Assembly (NCBI GenBank): GCA_964658305.1
Contig: OZ210884.1
Location: forward strand, 2,170,001-2,234,000
Direction: 5' to 3'
Origin: Leptogorgia sarmentosa
Lineage: Eukaryota
DNA length: 64,000 bases
Shown here: one piece after another, positions 25,191 to 40,899 of the stretch
Layout: each line of letters starts with the position of its first letter
Numbering within the stretch: the stretch's first letter is position 1
Made by a program: the position numbers and the translations under genes
Notes under the pieces: model-generated
Databases searched by the model: none
What the model saw: the letters and a program-made list of their open reading frames with translations, nothing else
What the model was told of the DNA's origin: nothing

Positions 25191-27230
25191 TTCGCTGCAC
25201 ATTGCTCTTGGCGTGGTGAATACGCATGGTAAATTTGGTGGCGACACCATTCAAAATGGAAGCCACAGAAGCAATCAAGTCCCTTCACCTGGTATGGTAT
25301 ATTTGCTATTGCTATTGCTCCTGTTGAGATTCATTGAAACAACGGGCTACCCATCATCATGCCCTTGCTCGTATTTTTATCACAGGTTTACGAAATTTTC
25401 GCTGCACATTGCTCTTGGCATGGTAAATACGCATGGTAAATTTGGTGGTTACACCATTCAAAATGGAAGCCACAGAAGCAATCAAGTCCCTTCACCTGGT
25501 ATAGTATATTTGCTATTGCTATTGCTCCTGTTGAGATTCCTTTGAAACAACGGGCTACCCATCATCATGCCCTTGCTCGTATTTTTATCACAGGTTTACG
25601 AAATTTTCGCTGCGCATTGCTCTTGGCATGGTGAATACGCATGGTAAATTTAGTGGCGACACCATTCAAAATGGAAGCCACAGAAGCAATCAAGTCCCTT
25701 CACCTGGTATGGTATATTTGCTATTGCTATTGCTCCTGTTGAGATTCCTTTGAAACAACGGGCTACCCATCATCATGCCCTTGCTCGTATTTTTATCACA
25801 GGTTTACGCAATTTTCGCTGCACATTGCTCTTGGCATGGTGAATACGCATGGTAAATTTGGTGGCGACACCATTCAAAATGGAACCCACAGAAGCAATCA
25901 AGTCCCTTCACCTGGTATGGTATATTTGCTATTGCTATTGCTCCTGTTGAGATTCCTTTGAAACAACGGGCAACCCATCATCATGCCCTTGCTCGTATTT
26001 TTATCACAGGTTAACGAAATTTTCGCTGCACATTGCTCTTGGCATGGTGAATACGCATGGTAAATTTGGTGGCGACACCATTCAAAATGGAAGCCACAGA
26101 AGCAATCAAGTCCCTTCACCTGGTATGGTATATTTGCTATTGCTATTGTTCCTGTTGAGATTCCTTTGAAACAACGGGCTACCCATCATCATGCCCTCGC
26201 TCGTATTTTTATCACAGTTTTACGAAATTTTCGCTGCACATTGCTCTTGGCGTGGTGAATACGCATGGTAAATTTGGTGGCGACACTATTCAAAATGGAA
26301 GCCACAGAAGCAATCAAGTCCCTTCACCTGGTATGGTATATTTGCTATTGCTATTGCTCCTGTTGAGATTCATTGAAACAACGGGCTACCCATCATCATG
26401 CCATTGCTCGTATTTTTATCACAGGTTTACGAAATTTTCGCTGCACATTGCTCTTGGCATGGTAAATACGCATGGTAAATTTGGTGGTTACACCATTCAA
26501 AATGGAAGCCACAGAAGCAATCAAGTCCCTTCACCTGGTATAGTATATTTGCTATTGCTATTGCTCCTGTTGAGATTCCTTTGAAACAACGGGCTACCCA
26601 TCATCATGCCCTTGCTCGTATTTTTATCACAGGTTTACGAAATTTTCGCTGCGCATTGCTCTTGGCATGGTGAATACGCATGGTAAATTTAGTGGCGACA
26701 CCATTCAAAATGGAAGCCACAGAAGCAATCAAGTCCCTTCACCTGGTATGGTATATTTGCTATTGCTATTGCTCCTGTTGAGATTCCTTTGAAACAACGG
26801 GCTACCCATCATCATGCCCTTGCTCGTATTTTTATCACAGGTTTACGCAATTTTCGCTGCACATTGCTCTTGGCATGGTGAATACGCATGGTAAATTTGG
26901 TGGCGACACCATTCAAAATGGAAGCCACAGAAGCAATCAAGTCCCTTCACCTGGTATGGTATATTTGCTATTGCTATTGCTCCTGTTGAGATTCCTTTGA
27001 AACAACGGGCTACCCATCATCATGCCCTTGCTCGTATTTTTATCACAGGTTAACGAAATTTTCGCTGCACATTGCTCTTGGCATGGTGAATACGCATGGT
27101 AAATTTGGTGGCGACACCATTCAAAATGGAAGCCACAGAAGCAATCAAGTCCCTTCACCTGGTATGGTATATTTGCTATTGCTATTGTTCCTGTTGAGAT
27201 TCCTTTGAAACAACGGGCTACCCATCATCA
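25160..27230. repeat. 5-monomer HOR (1039 bp) x2
   Basis: GATTCATTGAAAC deletion monomer and GGTTACACC recur; ORFs 25213/26252 and 25898/26937 are both 1039 apart. Confidence 0.85.
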
Positions 27231-27249
27231 TGCCCTTGCTCGTATTTTT

Positions 27250-28920
27250 ATCACAGGTTTACGAAATTTTCGCTGTGCATTGCTCTTGGCATGGTGAATA
27301 CGCATGGTAAATTTAGTGGCGACACCATTCAAAATGGAAGCCACAGAAGCAATCAAGTCCCTTCACCTGGTATGGTATATTTGCTATTGCTATTGCTCCT
27401 GTTGAGATTCCTTTGAAACAACGGGCTACCCATCATCATGCCCTTGCTCGTATTTTTATCACAGGTTTACGCAATTTTCGCTGCACATTGCTCTTGGCAT
27501 GGTGAATACGCATAGTAAATTTGGTGGCGACACCATTCAAAATGGAAGCCACAGAAGCAATCAAGTCCCTTCACCTGGTATGGTATATTTGCCATTGCTA
27601 TTGCTCCTGTTGAGATTCCTTTGAAACAACGGGCTACCCATCATCATGCCCTTGCTCGTATTTTTATCACAGGTTTACAAAATTTTCGCTGCACATTGCT
27701 CTTGGCATGGTGAATACGCATGGTAAATTTGGTGGCGACACCATTCAAAATGGAAGCCACAGGAGCAATCAAGTCCCTTCACCTGGTATGGTATATTTGC
27801 TATTGCTATTGCTCCTGTTGAGATTCCTTTGAAACAACGGGCTACCCATCATCATGCCCTTACTCGTATTTTTGTCACAGGTTTACGAAATTTTTGCTGC
27901 ACATTGCTCTTGGCATGGTGAGTACGCATTGTAAATTTGGTGGCGACAATATTCAAAATGGAAGCCACAGAAGCAATCAAGTCCCTTCACCTGGTATGGT
28001 ATATTTGCTATTCCTATTGCTCCTGTTGAGATTCCCTTGAACCAACGGGCTATCCATCATCATGCCCTTGCTCGTATTTTTATCACAGGTTTACGAAATT
28101 TTCGCTGTGCATTGCTCTTGGCATGGTGAATAGGCATGGTAAATTTAGTGGCGACACCATTCAAAATGGAAGCCACAGAAGCAATCAAGTCCCTTCACCT
28201 GGTATGGTATATTTGCTATTGCTATTGCTCCTGTTGAGATTCCTTTGAAACAACGGGCTACCCATCATCATGCCCTTGCTCGTATTTTTATCACAGGTTT
28301 ACGCAATTTTCGCTGCACATTGCTCTTGGCATGGTGAATACGCATAGTAAATTTGGTGGCGACACCATTCAAAATGGAAGCCACAGAAGCAATCAAGTCC
28401 CTTCACCTGGTATGGTATATTTGCCATTGCTATTGCTCCTGTTGAGATTCCTTTGAAACAACGGGCTACCCATCATCATGCCCTTGCTCGTATTTTTATC
28501 ACAGGTTTACGAAATTTTCGCTGCACATTGCTCTTGGCATGGTGAATACGCATGGTAAATTTGGTGGCGACACCATTCAAAATGGAAGCCACAGGAGCAA
28601 TCAAGTCCCTTCACCTGGTATGGTATATTTGCTATTGCTATTGCTCCTGTTGAGATTCCTTTGAAACAACGGGCTACCCATCATCATGCCCTTACTCGTA
28701 TTTTTGTCACAGGTTTACGAAATTTTTGCTGCACATTGCTCTTGGCATGGTGAGTACGCATTGTAAATTTGGTGGCGACAATATTCAAAATGGAAGCCAC
28801 AGAAGCAATCAAGTCCCTTCACCTGGTATGGTATATTTGCTATTCCTATTGCTCCTGTTGAGATTCCCTTGAACCAACGGGCTATCCATCATCATGCCCT
28901 TGCTCGTATTTTTATCACAG
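27250..28920. repeat. 4-monomer HOR (832 bp) x2
   Basis: TGTGCA 27274/28106 and CCCTTGAACCAAC 28034/28866; CATAGTAA, GCCATTG and GACAATATTC are also shared. Confidence 0.85.
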
Positions 28921-30779
28921 GTTTACGAAAGTTTCGCTGCACATTGCTCTTGGCATGGTGAATACGCATGGTAAATTTGGTGACGACACCATTCAAAATG
29001 GAAGCCACAGAAGCAATCAAGTCCCTTCACCTGGTATGGTATATTTGCTATTGCTATTGCTCCTGTTGAGATTCCTTTGAAACAAGGGGTACCCATCATC
29101 ATGCCCTTGCTCGTATTTTTATCACAGGTTTACGAAATTTTCGCTGCATATTGCTCTTGGCATGGTGAATACGCATGGTAAATTTGGGTGCGACACCATT
29201 CAAAATGGAAGCCACAGAAGCAATCAAGTCCCTTCACCTGGTATGGTATATTTGCTATTGCTATTGCTCCTGTTGAGATTCCTTTGAAACAACGGGCTAC
29301 CCATCATCATGCCCTTGCTCGTATTTTTATCACAGGTTTACGAAATTTTCGCTGCACATTGCTCTTGGCATGGTGAATACGCATGGTAAATTTGGTGGCG
29401 ACACCATTCAAAATGGAAGCCACAGAAGCAATCAAGTCCCTTCACCTGTTATGATATATTTGCTATTGCTATTGCTCCTGTTGAGATTCCTTTGAAACAA
29501 CGGGCTACCCATCATCATGCCCTTGCTCGTATTTTTATCACAGGTTTACGAAATTTTCGCTGCACATTGCTCTTGGCATGGTGAATACGCATGGTAAATT
29601 TGTTGGCGATACCATTCAAAATGGAAGCCACAGAAGCAATCAAGTCCCTTCACCTGGTATGGTATATTTGCTATTGCTATTGCTCCTGTTGAGATTCCTT
29701 TGAAACAACGGGCTACCCATCATCATGCCCTTGCTCGTATTTTTATCACAGGTTTACGAAATTTTCGCTGCACATTGCTCTTGGCATGGTGAATACGCAT
29801 GGTAAATTTGGTGGCGACACCATTCAAAATGGAAGCCACAGAAGCAATCAAGTCCCTTCACCTGGTATGGTATATTTGCTATTGCTATTGTTCCTGTTGA
29901 GATTCCTTTGAAACAACGGGCTACCCATCATCATGCCCTTGCTCGTATTTTTATCACAGGTTTACGAAATTTTCGCTGCACATTGCTCTTGGCATGGTGA
30001 ATACGCATGGTAAATTTGGTGGCGACACCATTCAAAATGGAAGCCACAGAAGCAATCAAGTCCCTTCACCTGGTATGGTATATTTGCTATTGCTATTGTT
30101 CCTGTTGAGATTCCTTTGAAACAACGGGCTACCCATCATCATGCCCTTGCTCGTATTTTTATCACAGGTTTACGAAATTTTCGCTGCACATTGCTCTTGG
30201 CATGGTGAATAGGCATGGTAAATTTGGCGGCGACACCATTCAAAATGGAAGCCACAGAAGCAATCAAGTCCCTTCACCTGGTATGGTATATTTGCTATTG
30301 CTATTGCTCCTGTTGAGATTCCTTTGAAACAACGGGCTACCCATCATCATGCCCTTGCTCGTATTTTTGTCACATGTTTACGAAATTTTCGCTGCACATT
30401 GCTCTTGGCATGGTGAATGCGCATGGTAAATTTGGTGGCGACACCATTCAAAATGGAAGCCACAGAAGCAATCAAGTCCCTTCACCTGGTATGGTATATT
30501 TGCTATTGCTATTGCTCCTGTTGAGATTCCTTTGAAACAACGGGCTACCCATCATCATGCCCTTGCTCGTATTTTTATCACAGGTTTACGAAATTTTCGC
30601 TGCACATTGCTCTTGGCATGGTGAATACGCATGGTAAATTTGGTGGCGACACCATTCAAAATGGAAGCCACAGAAGCAATCAAGTCCCTTCACCTGGTAT
30701 GGTATATTTGCTATTGCTATTGCTCCTGTTGAGATTCCTTTGAAACAACGGGCGACCCATCATCATGCCCTTGCTCGTA

Positions 30780-32220
30780 TTTTTGTCACAGTTTTACGAC
30801 ATTTTCGCTGTACATTGCTCTTGGCGTGGTGAATACGCATGGTAAATTTGGTGGCGACACCATTCAAAATGGAAGCCACAGAAGCAATCAAGTCCCTTCA
30901 CCTGGTATGGTATATTTGCTATTGCTATTGTTCCTGTTGAGATTCCTTTGAAACAACGGGCTACCCATCATCATGCCCTTGCTCGTATTTTTATCACAGG
31001 TTTACGACATTTTCGCTGCAAATTGCTCTTTGCGTGGTGAATACGCATGGTAAATTTGGTGGCGACACCATTCAAAATGGAAGCCACAGAAGCAATCAAG
31101 TCCCTTCACCTGGTATGGTATATTTGCTATTGCTATTGTTTCTGTTGAGATTCCTTTGAAACAACGGGCTACCCATCATCATGCCCTTGCTCGTATTTTT
31201 ATCACAGGTTTACGAAATTTTCGCTGCACATTGCTCTTAGCGTGGTGAATACGCATGGTAAATTTGGGGGCGACACCATTCAAAATGGAAGCCACAGAAG
31301 CAATCAAGTCCCTTCACCTGGTATGGTATATTTGCTATTGCTATTGCTCCTGTTGAGATTCCTTTGAAACAACGGGCTACCCATCATCATGCCCTTGCTC
31401 GTATTTTTATCACAGGTTTACGAAATTTTCGCTGCACATTGCTCTTGGCATGGTGAATACGCATGGTAAATTTGGTGGCGACACCATTCAAAATGGAAGC
31501 CACAGAAGCAATCAAGTCCCTTCACCTGGTATGGTATATTTGCTATTGCTATTGCTCCTGTTGAGATTCCTTTGAAACAACGGGCTACCCATCATCATGC
31601 CCTTGCTCGTATTTTTGTCACAGGTTTACGACATTTTCGCTGTACATTGCTCTTGGCGTGGTGAATACGCATGGTAAATTTGGTGGCGACACCATTCAAA
31701 ATGGAAGCCACAGAAGCAATCAAGTCCCTTCACCTGGTATGGTATATTTGCTATTGCTATTGTTCCTGTTGAGATTCCTTTGAAACAACGGGCTACCCAT
31801 CATCATGCCCTTGCTCGTATTTTTATCACAGATTTACGACATTTTCGCTGCACATTGCTCTTTGCGTGGTGAATACGCATGGTAAATTTGGTGGCGACAC
31901 CATTCAAAATGGAAGCCACAGAAGCAATCAAGTCCCTTCACCTGGTATGGTATATTTGCTATTGCTATTGTTTCTGTTGAGATTCCTTTGAAACAACGGG
32001 CTACCCATCATCATGCCCTTGCTCGTATTTTTATCACAGGTTTACGAAATTTTCGCTGCACATTGCTCTTAGCGTGGTGAATACGCATGGTAAATTTGGG
32101 GGCGACACCATTCAAAATGGAAGCCACAGAAGCAATCAAGTCCCTTCACCTGGTATGGTATATTTGCTATTGCTATTGCTCCTGTTGAGATTCCTTTGAA
32201 ACAACGGGCTACCCATCATC
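30780..32220. repeat. 4-monomer HOR (832 bp), about two copies
   Basis: TGTAC 30809/31641; CTTTGCGTGG, GTTTCTG, CTTAGCGTGG and TTGGGGGCG repeat at the same offset. Confidence 0.8.
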
Positions 32221-33199
32221 ATGCCCTTGCTCGTATATTTGTCACAGGTTTACGAAATTTTCGCTGCACATTGCTCTTGGCATGGTGAATGCGCATGGTA
32301 AATTTGGTGGCGACACCATTCAAAATGGAAGCCACAGAAGCAATCAAGTCCCTTCACCTGGTATGGTATATTTGCTATTGCTGTTGCTCCTGTTGAGATT
32401 CCTTTGAAACAACGGGCTACCCATCATCATGCCCTTGCTCGAATTTTTATCACAGGTTTACGAAATTTTCGCTGCACATTGCTCTTAGCGTGGTGAATAC
32501 GCATGGTAAATTTGGGGGCGACACCATTCAAAATGGAAGCCACAGAAGCAATCAAGTCCCTTCACCTGGTATGGTATATTTGCTATTGCTATTGTTTCTG
32601 TTGAGATTCCTTTGAAACAACGGGCTACCCATCATCATGCCCTTGCTCGAATTTTTATCACAGGTATACGAAATTTTCGCTGCACATTGCTCTTGGCATG
32701 GTGAATACGCATGGTAAATTTAGTGGCGACACCATTCAAAATGGAAGCCACAGAAGCTATCAAGTCCCTTCACCTGGTATGGTATATTTGCTATTGCTAT
32801 TGCTCCTGTTGAGATTCCTTTGAAACAACGGGCAACCCATCATCATGCCTCTGCTCGTATTTTCATCACAGGTTTACGAAATTTTCGCTGCACATTGCTC
32901 TTGGAAAGATGAATACGCATGGTAAATTTTGTGGCGACACCATTCAAAATGGAAGCCACAGAAGCAATCAAGTCCCTTCACCTAGTATGGTATATTTGCT
33001 ATTGCTATTGCTCCTGTTGAGATTCCTTTGAAACAACGGGCTACCCATCATCATGCCCTTGCTCGTATTTTTATCACAGGTTTACGAAATTTTCGCTGCA
33101 CATTGCTCTTGGCATGGTGAATACGCATGGTAAATTTGGTGGCGACACCATTCAAAATGGAAGCCACTGAAGCAATCAAGTCCCTTCACCTGGTATGGT

Positions 33200-34450
33200 A
33201 TATTTGCTATTGTTATTGCTCCTGTTGAGATTCCTTTGAAACAAGGGGTACCCATCATCATGCCCTTGCTCGTATTTTTATCACACGTTTACGAAATTTT
33301 CGCTGCACATTCCTTTTGGCATGGTGAATACGCATGGTAAATTTGGTGACGACACCATTCAAAATGGAAGCCACAGAAGCAATCAAGTCCCTTCACCTGG
33401 TATGGTATATTTGCTATTGCTATTGCTCCTGTTGAGATTCCTTTGAAACAACGGGCTACCCATCATCATGCCCTTGCTCGTATTTTTATCACAGGTTTAC
33501 GAAATTTTGGCTGTACATTGCTCTTGGCATGGTGAATACGCATGTTAAATTTGGTGGCGACACCATTCAAAATGGAAGCCACAGAAGCAATCAAGTCCCT
33601 TCACCTGGTATGGTATATTTGCTATTTCTATTGCTCCTGTTGAGATTCCTTTGAAACAACGGGCTACCCATCATCATGCCCTTGCTCGTATTTTTATCAC
33701 AGGTTTACGAAATTTTCGCTGCACATTTCTCTTGGCATGGTGAATACGCATGGTAAATTTGGTGGCGACACCATTCAAAATGGAAGCCACAGAAGCAATC
33801 AAGTCCCTTCACCTGGTATGGTATATTTGCTATTGTTATTGCTCCTGTTGAGATTCCTTTGAAACAAGGGGTACCCATCATCATGCCCTTGCTCGTATTT
33901 TTATCACACGTTTACGAAATTTTCGCTGCACATTCCTTTTGGCATGGTGAATACGCATGGTAAATTTGGTGACGACACCATTCAAAATGGAAGCCACAGA
34001 AGCAATCAAGTCCCTTCACCTGGTATGGTATATTTGCTATTGCTATTGCTCCTGTTGAGATTCCTTTGAAACAACGGGCTACCCATCATCATGCCCTTGC
34101 TCGTATTTTTATCACAGGTTTACGAAATTTTGGCTGTACATTGCTCTTGGCATGGTGAATACGCATGTTAAATTTGGTGGCGACACCATTCAAAATGGAA
34201 GCCACAGAAGCAATCAAGTCCCTTCACCTGGTATGGTATATTTGCTATTTCTATTGCTCCTGTTGAGATTCCTTTGAAACAACGGGCTACCCATCATCAT
34301 GCCCTTGCTCGTATTTTTATCACAGGTTTACGAAATTTTCGCTGCACATTTCTCTTGGCATGGTGAATACGCATGGTAAATTTGGTGGCGACACCATTCA
34401 AAATGGAAGCCACAGAAGCAATCAAGTCCCTTCACCTGGTATGGTATATT
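33200..34450. repeat. 3-monomer HOR (623 bp) x2
   Basis: ACAAGGGGTACCC at 33241/33864; GTTATTG, CACACG, TTCCTTTT, GTGACGAC, TGGCTGTAC and CATGTTAA are shared. Confidence 0.85.
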
Positions 34451-36949
34451 TGCTATTGCTATTGCTCCTGTTGAGATTCCTTTGAAACAACGGGCTACCC
34501 ATCATCATGCCCTTGCTCGTATTTTTATCACAGGTTTACGACATTTTCGCTGCACATTGCTCTTGGCATGGTGAATACGCATGGTAAATTTGGTGACGAC
34601 ACCATTCAAAATGGAAGCCAAAGAAGCAATCAAGTCCCTTCCCCTGGTATGGTATATTTGCTATTGCTATTGCTCCTGTTGAGATTCCTTTGAAACAACG
34701 GGCTACCCATCATCATGCCCTTGCTCGTATTTTTGTCACAGGTTTACGAAATTTTAGCTGCATATTGCTCTTGGCATGGTGAGTACGCATTGTAAATTTG
34801 GTGGCGACACCATTCAAAATGGAAGCCACAGAAGCAATCAAGTCCCTTCACCTGGTATGGTATATTTGCTATTGCTCCTGTTGAGATTCCTTTCAAACAA
34901 CGGGCTACCCATCATCATGCCCTTGCTCGTATTTTTATCACAGGTTTACGAAATTTTCGCTGCACATTGCTCTTGGCATGGTGAATACGCATGGTAAATT
35001 TGGTGGCGACACCATTCAAAATGGAAGCCACAGAAGCAATCAAGTCCCTTCACCTGGTATGGTATATTTGCTATTGCTATTCCTCCTGTTGAGATTCCTT
35101 TGAAACAACGGGCTACCCATCATCATGCCCTTGCTCGCATTTTTATCACATGTTTACGAAATTTTCGCGGCACATTGCTCTTGGCATGGTGAAAACGCAT
35201 GGTAAATTTGGTGGTGACACCATTCAAAATGGAAGCCACAGAAGCAATCAAGTCCCTTCACCTGGTATGGTATATTTGCTATTGCTATTGCTCCTGTTGA
35301 GATTCCTTTGAAACAACGGGCTACCCATCATCATGCCCTTGCTCGTATTTTTATCACAGGTTTACGAAATTTTCTCTGCACATTGCTCTTGGCATGGTGA
35401 ATACGCATGGTAAATTTGGTGGCGACACCATTCAAAATGGAAGCCACAGAAGCAATCAAGTCCCTTCACCTGGTATGGTATATTTGCTATTGCTATTGCT
35501 CCTGTTGAGATTCCTTTGAAACAACGGGCTACCCATCATCATGCCCTTGCTCGTATTTTTATCACAGGTTTACGAGATTTTCGCTGCACATTTCTCTTGG
35601 CATGGTGAATAGGCATGGTAAATTTGGTGGCGACACCATTCAAAATGGAAGCCACAGAAGCAATCAAGTCCCTTAACCTGGTATGGTATATTTGCTATTG
35701 CTATTGCTCCTGTTGAGATTCCTTTGAAACAACGGGCTACCCATCATCATGCCCTTGCTCGTATTTTTATCACAGGTTTACGAAATTTTCGCTGCACATT
35801 GCTCTTGGCATGGTGAGTACGCATTGTAAATTTGGTGGCGACACCATTCAAAATGGAAGCCACAGAAGCAATCAAGTCCCTTCACCTGGTATGGTATATT
35901 TGCTATTGCTCCTGTTGAGATTCCTTTCAAACAACGGGCTACCCATCATCATGCCCTTGCTCGTATTTTTATCACAGGTTTACGAAATTTTCGCTGCACA
36001 TTGCTCTTGGCATGGTGAATACGCATGGTAAATTTGGTGGCGACACCATTCAAAATGGAAGCCACAGAAGCAATCAAGTCCCTTCACCTGGTATGGTATA
36101 TTTGCTATTGCTATTGCTCCTGTTGAGATTCCTTTGAAACAACGGGCTACCCATCATCATGCCCTTGCTCGTATTTTTATCACACGTTTACGAAATTTTC
36201 GCTGCACATTCCTCTTGGCATGGTGAATACGCATGGTAAATTTGGTGCCGACACCATTCAAAATGGAAGCCACAGAAGCAATCAAGTCCCTTCACCTGGT
36301 ATGGTATATTTGCTATTGCTATTGCTCCTGTTGAGATTCCTTTGAAACAACGGGCTACCCATCATCATGCCCTTGCTCGTATTTTTATCACAGGTTTACG
36401 AGATTTTCGCTGCACATTTCTCTTGGCATGGTGAATAGGCATGGTAAATTTGGTGGCGACACCATTCAAAATGGAAGCCACAGAAGCAATCAAGTCCCTT
36501 AACCTGGTATGGTATATTTGCTATTGCTATTGCTCCTGTTGAGATTCCTTTGAAACAACGGGCTACCCATCATCATGCCCTTGCTCGTATTTTTATCACA
36601 GGTTTACGAAATTTTCGCGGCACATTGCTCTTGGCATGGTGAAAACGCATGGTAAATTTGGTGGCGACACCATTCAAAATGGAAGCCACAGAAGCAATCA
36701 AGTCCCTTCACCTGGTATGGTATATTTGCTATTGCTATTGCTCCTGTTGAGATTCCTTTGAAACAACGGGCTACCCATCATCATGCCCTTGCTCGTATTG
36801 TTATCACAGGTTTACGAAATTTTCGCTGCACATAGCTTTTGGCATGGGGAATACGCATGGTAAATTTGGTGGCGACACCATTTAAAATGGAAGCCACAGA
36901 AGCAATCAAGTCCCTTCACCTGGTATGGTATATTTGCTATTGCTATTGC

Positions 36950-38060
36950 TCCTGTTGAGATACCTTTGAAACAACGGGCTACCCATCATCATGCCCTTGC
37001 TCGTATTTTTATCACAGGTTTACGAAATTTTCGCTGCACATTGCTCTTGGCATGGTGAATACGCATGGTAAATTTGGTGGCGACACGATTCAAAATGGAA
37101 GCCACAGAAGTAATCAAGTCCCTTCACCTGGTATGGTATATTTGCTATTGCTATTGCTCCTGTTGAGATTCCTTTGAAACAACGGGCTACCCATCATCAT
37201 GCCCTTGCTCGTATTGTTATCACAGGTTTACGAAATTTTCGCTGCACATTCCTCTTGGCATGGTGAATACGCATGGTAAATTTGGTGGCGACACCATTCA
37301 AAATGGAAGCCACAGAAGCAATCAAGTCCCTTCACCTGGTATGGTATATTTGCTATTGCTATTGCTCCTGTTGAGATACCTTTGAAACAACGGGCTACCC
37401 ATCATCATGCCCTTGCTCGTATTTTTATCACAGGTTTACGAAATTTTCGCTGCACATTGCTCTTGGCATGGTGAATACGCATGGTAAATTTGGTGGCGAC
37501 ACGATTCAAAATGGAAGCCACAGAAGTAATCAAGTCCCTTCACCTGGTATGGTATATTTGCTATTGCTATTGCTCCTGTTGAGATTCCTTTGAAACAACG
37601 GGCTACCCATCATCATGCCCTTGCTCGTATTGTTATCACAGGTTTACGAAATTTTCGCTGCACATTCCTCTTGGCATGGTGAATACGCATGGTAAATTTG
37701 GTGGCGACACCATTCAAAATGGAAGCCACAGAAGCAATCAAGTCCCTTCCCCTGGTATGGTATATTTGCTATTGCTATTGCTCCTCTTGAGATACCTTTG
37801 AAACAACGGGCTACCCATCATCATGCCCTTGCTCGTATTTTTATCACAGGTTTACGAAATTTTCGCTGCACATTGCTCTTGGCATGGTGAATACGCATGG
37901 TAAATTTGGTGGCGACACGATTCAAAATGGAAGCCACAGAAGTAATCAAGTCCCTTCACCTGGTATGGTATATTTGCTATTGCTATTGCTCCTGTTGAGA
38001 TTCCTTTGAAACAACGGGCTACCCATCATCATGCCCTTGCTCGTATTGTTATCACAGGTT
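36950..38060. repeat. Dimeric HOR (416 bp) x3
   Basis: ACGATT at 37085, 37501, 37917 with AGTAATC, GATACC and TATTGTTA variants in register. Confidence 0.85.
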
Positions 38061-40899
38061 TACGAAATTTTCGCTGCACATTGCTCTTGGCATGGTGAAT
38101 ACGCATGGTCAATTTGGTGGCGACACCATTCAAAATGGAAGCCACAGAAGCAATCAAGTCCCTTCACCTGGTATGGTATATTTGCTATTGCTATTGCTCC
38201 TGTTGAGATTCCTTTGAAACAACGGGCTACCCATCATCATGCCCTTGCTCGTATTGTTATCACAGGTTTACGAAATTTTCGCTGCACATTGCTCTTGGCA
38301 TGGGGAATTCGCATGGTAAATTTGGTGGCGACACCATTCAAAATGGAAGCCACAGAAGCAATCAAGTCCCTTCACCTGGTATGGTATATTTGCTATTGCT
38401 ATTGCTCCTGTTGAGATACCTTTGAAACAACGGGCTACCCATCATCATGCCCTTGCTCGTATTTTTATCACAGGTTTACGAAATTTTCGCTGCACATTGC
38501 TCTTGGCATGGTGAATACGCATGGTCAATTTGGTGGCGACACCATTCAAAATGGAAGCCACAGAAGCAATCAAGTCCCTTCACCTGGTATGGTATATTTG
38601 CTATTGCTATTGCTCCTGTTGAGATACCTTTGAAACAACGGGCTACCCATCATCATGCCCTTGCTCGTATTTTTATCACAGGTTTACGAAATTTTCGCTG
38701 CACATTGCTCTTGGCATGGTGAATACGCATGGCAAATTTGGTGGCGACACCATTCAAAATGGAAGCCACAGAAGCAATCAAGTCCCTTCACCTGGTATGG
38801 TATATTTGCTATTGCTATTGTTCCTGTTGAGATTCCTTTGAAACAACGGGCTACCCATCATCATGCCCTTGCTCGTATTGTTATCACAGGTTTACGAAAT
38901 TTTCGCTGCACATTGCTCTTGGCATGGGGAATACGCATGGTAAATTTGGTGGCGACACCATTCAAAATGGAAGCCACAGAAGCAATCAAGTCCCTTCACC
39001 TGGTATGGTATATTTGCTATTGCTATTGCTCCTGTTGAGATTCCTTTGAAACAACGGGCTATCCATCATCATGCCCTTGCTCGTATTGTTATCACAGGTT
39101 TACGAAATTTTCGCTGCACATTGCTCTTGGCATGGGGAATACGCATGGTAAATTTGGTGGCGACACCATTCAAAATGGAAGCCACAGAAGCAATCAAGTC
39201 CCTTCACCTGGTATGGTATATTTGCTATTGCTATTGCTCCTGTTGAGATTCCTTTGAAACAACGGGCTACCCATCATCATGCCCTTGCTCGTATTTTAAT
39301 CACAGGTTTACGAAATTTTCGCTGCACATTGCCCTTGGCATGGTGAATACGCATGGTAAATTTGGTGGCGACACCATTCAAAATGGAAGCCACAGAAGCA
39401 ATCAAGTCCCTTCACCTGGTATGGTATATTTGCTATTGCTATTGCTCCTGTTGAGATTCCTTTGAAACAACGGGCTACCCATCATCATGCCCTTGCTCGT
39501 ATTTTTATCACAGGTTTACGACATTTTCGCTGCACATTGCTCTTGGCATGGTGAATACGCATGGTAAATTTGGTGACGACACCATTCAAAATGGAAGCCA
39601 AAGAAGCAATCAAGTCCCTTCCCCTGGTATGGTATATTTGCTATTGCTATTGCTCCTGTTGAGATTCCTTTGAAACAACGGGCTACCCATCATCATGCCC
39701 TTGCTCGTATTTTTGTCACAGGTTTACGAAATTTTCGCTGCATATTGCTCTTGGCATGGTGAGTACGCATTGTAAATTTGGTGGCGACACCATTCAAAAT
39801 GGAAGCCACAGAAGCAATCAAGTCCCTTCACCTGGTATGGTATATTTGCTATTGCTATTGCTCCTGTTGAGATTCCTTTGAAACAACGGGCTACCCATCA
39901 TCATGCCCTTGCTCGTATTTTTATCACAGGTTTACGAAATTTTCGCTGCGCATTGCTCTTGGCATGGTGAATACGCATGGTAAATTTGGTGGCGACACCA
40001 TTCAAAATGGAAGCCACAGAAGCAATCAAGTCCCTTCACCTGGTATGGTATATTTGCTATTGCTATTGCTCCTGTTGAGATTCCTTTGAAACAACGGGCT
40101 ACCCATCATCATGCCCTTGCTCGTATTTTTATCACAGGTTTACGACATTTTCGCTGCACATTGCTCTTGGCATGGTCAATACGCATGGTAAATTTGGTGA
40201 CGACACCATTCAAAATGGAAGCCAAAGAAGCAATCAAGTCCCTTCCCCTGGTATGGTATATTTGCTATTGCTATTGCTCCTGTTGAGATTCCTTTGAAAC
40301 AACGGGCTACCCATCATCATGCCCTTGCTCGTATTTTTATCGCAGGTTTACGCAATTTTCGCTGCACATTGCTCTTGGCATGGTGAATAGGCATGGTCAA
40401 TTTGGTGGCGACACCATTCAAAATGGAAGCCACAGAAGCAATCAAGTCCCTTCACCTGGTATGGTATATTTGCTATTGCTATTGCTCCTGTTGAGATTCC
40501 TTTGAAACAACGGGCTACCCATCATCATGCCCTTGCTCGTATTTTTATCACAGGTTTACGAAATTCTCGCGGCACATTGCTCTTGGAATGGTGAAAACGC
40601 ATGGTAAATTTGGTGGCGACACCATTCAAAATGGAAGCCACAGAAGCAATCAAGTCCCTTCACCTGGTATGGTATATTTGCTATTGCTATTGCTCCTGTT
40701 GAGATTCCTTTGAAACAACGGGCTACCCATCATCATGCCCTTGCTTGTATTTTTATCACAGGTTTACGAGATTTTCGCTGCACATTGCTCTTGGCATGGT
40801 GAATACGCATGGTAAATTTGGTGGCGACACCATTCAAAATGGAAGCCACAGAAGCAGTCAAGTCCCTTCACCTGGTATGGTATATTTGCTATTGCTATT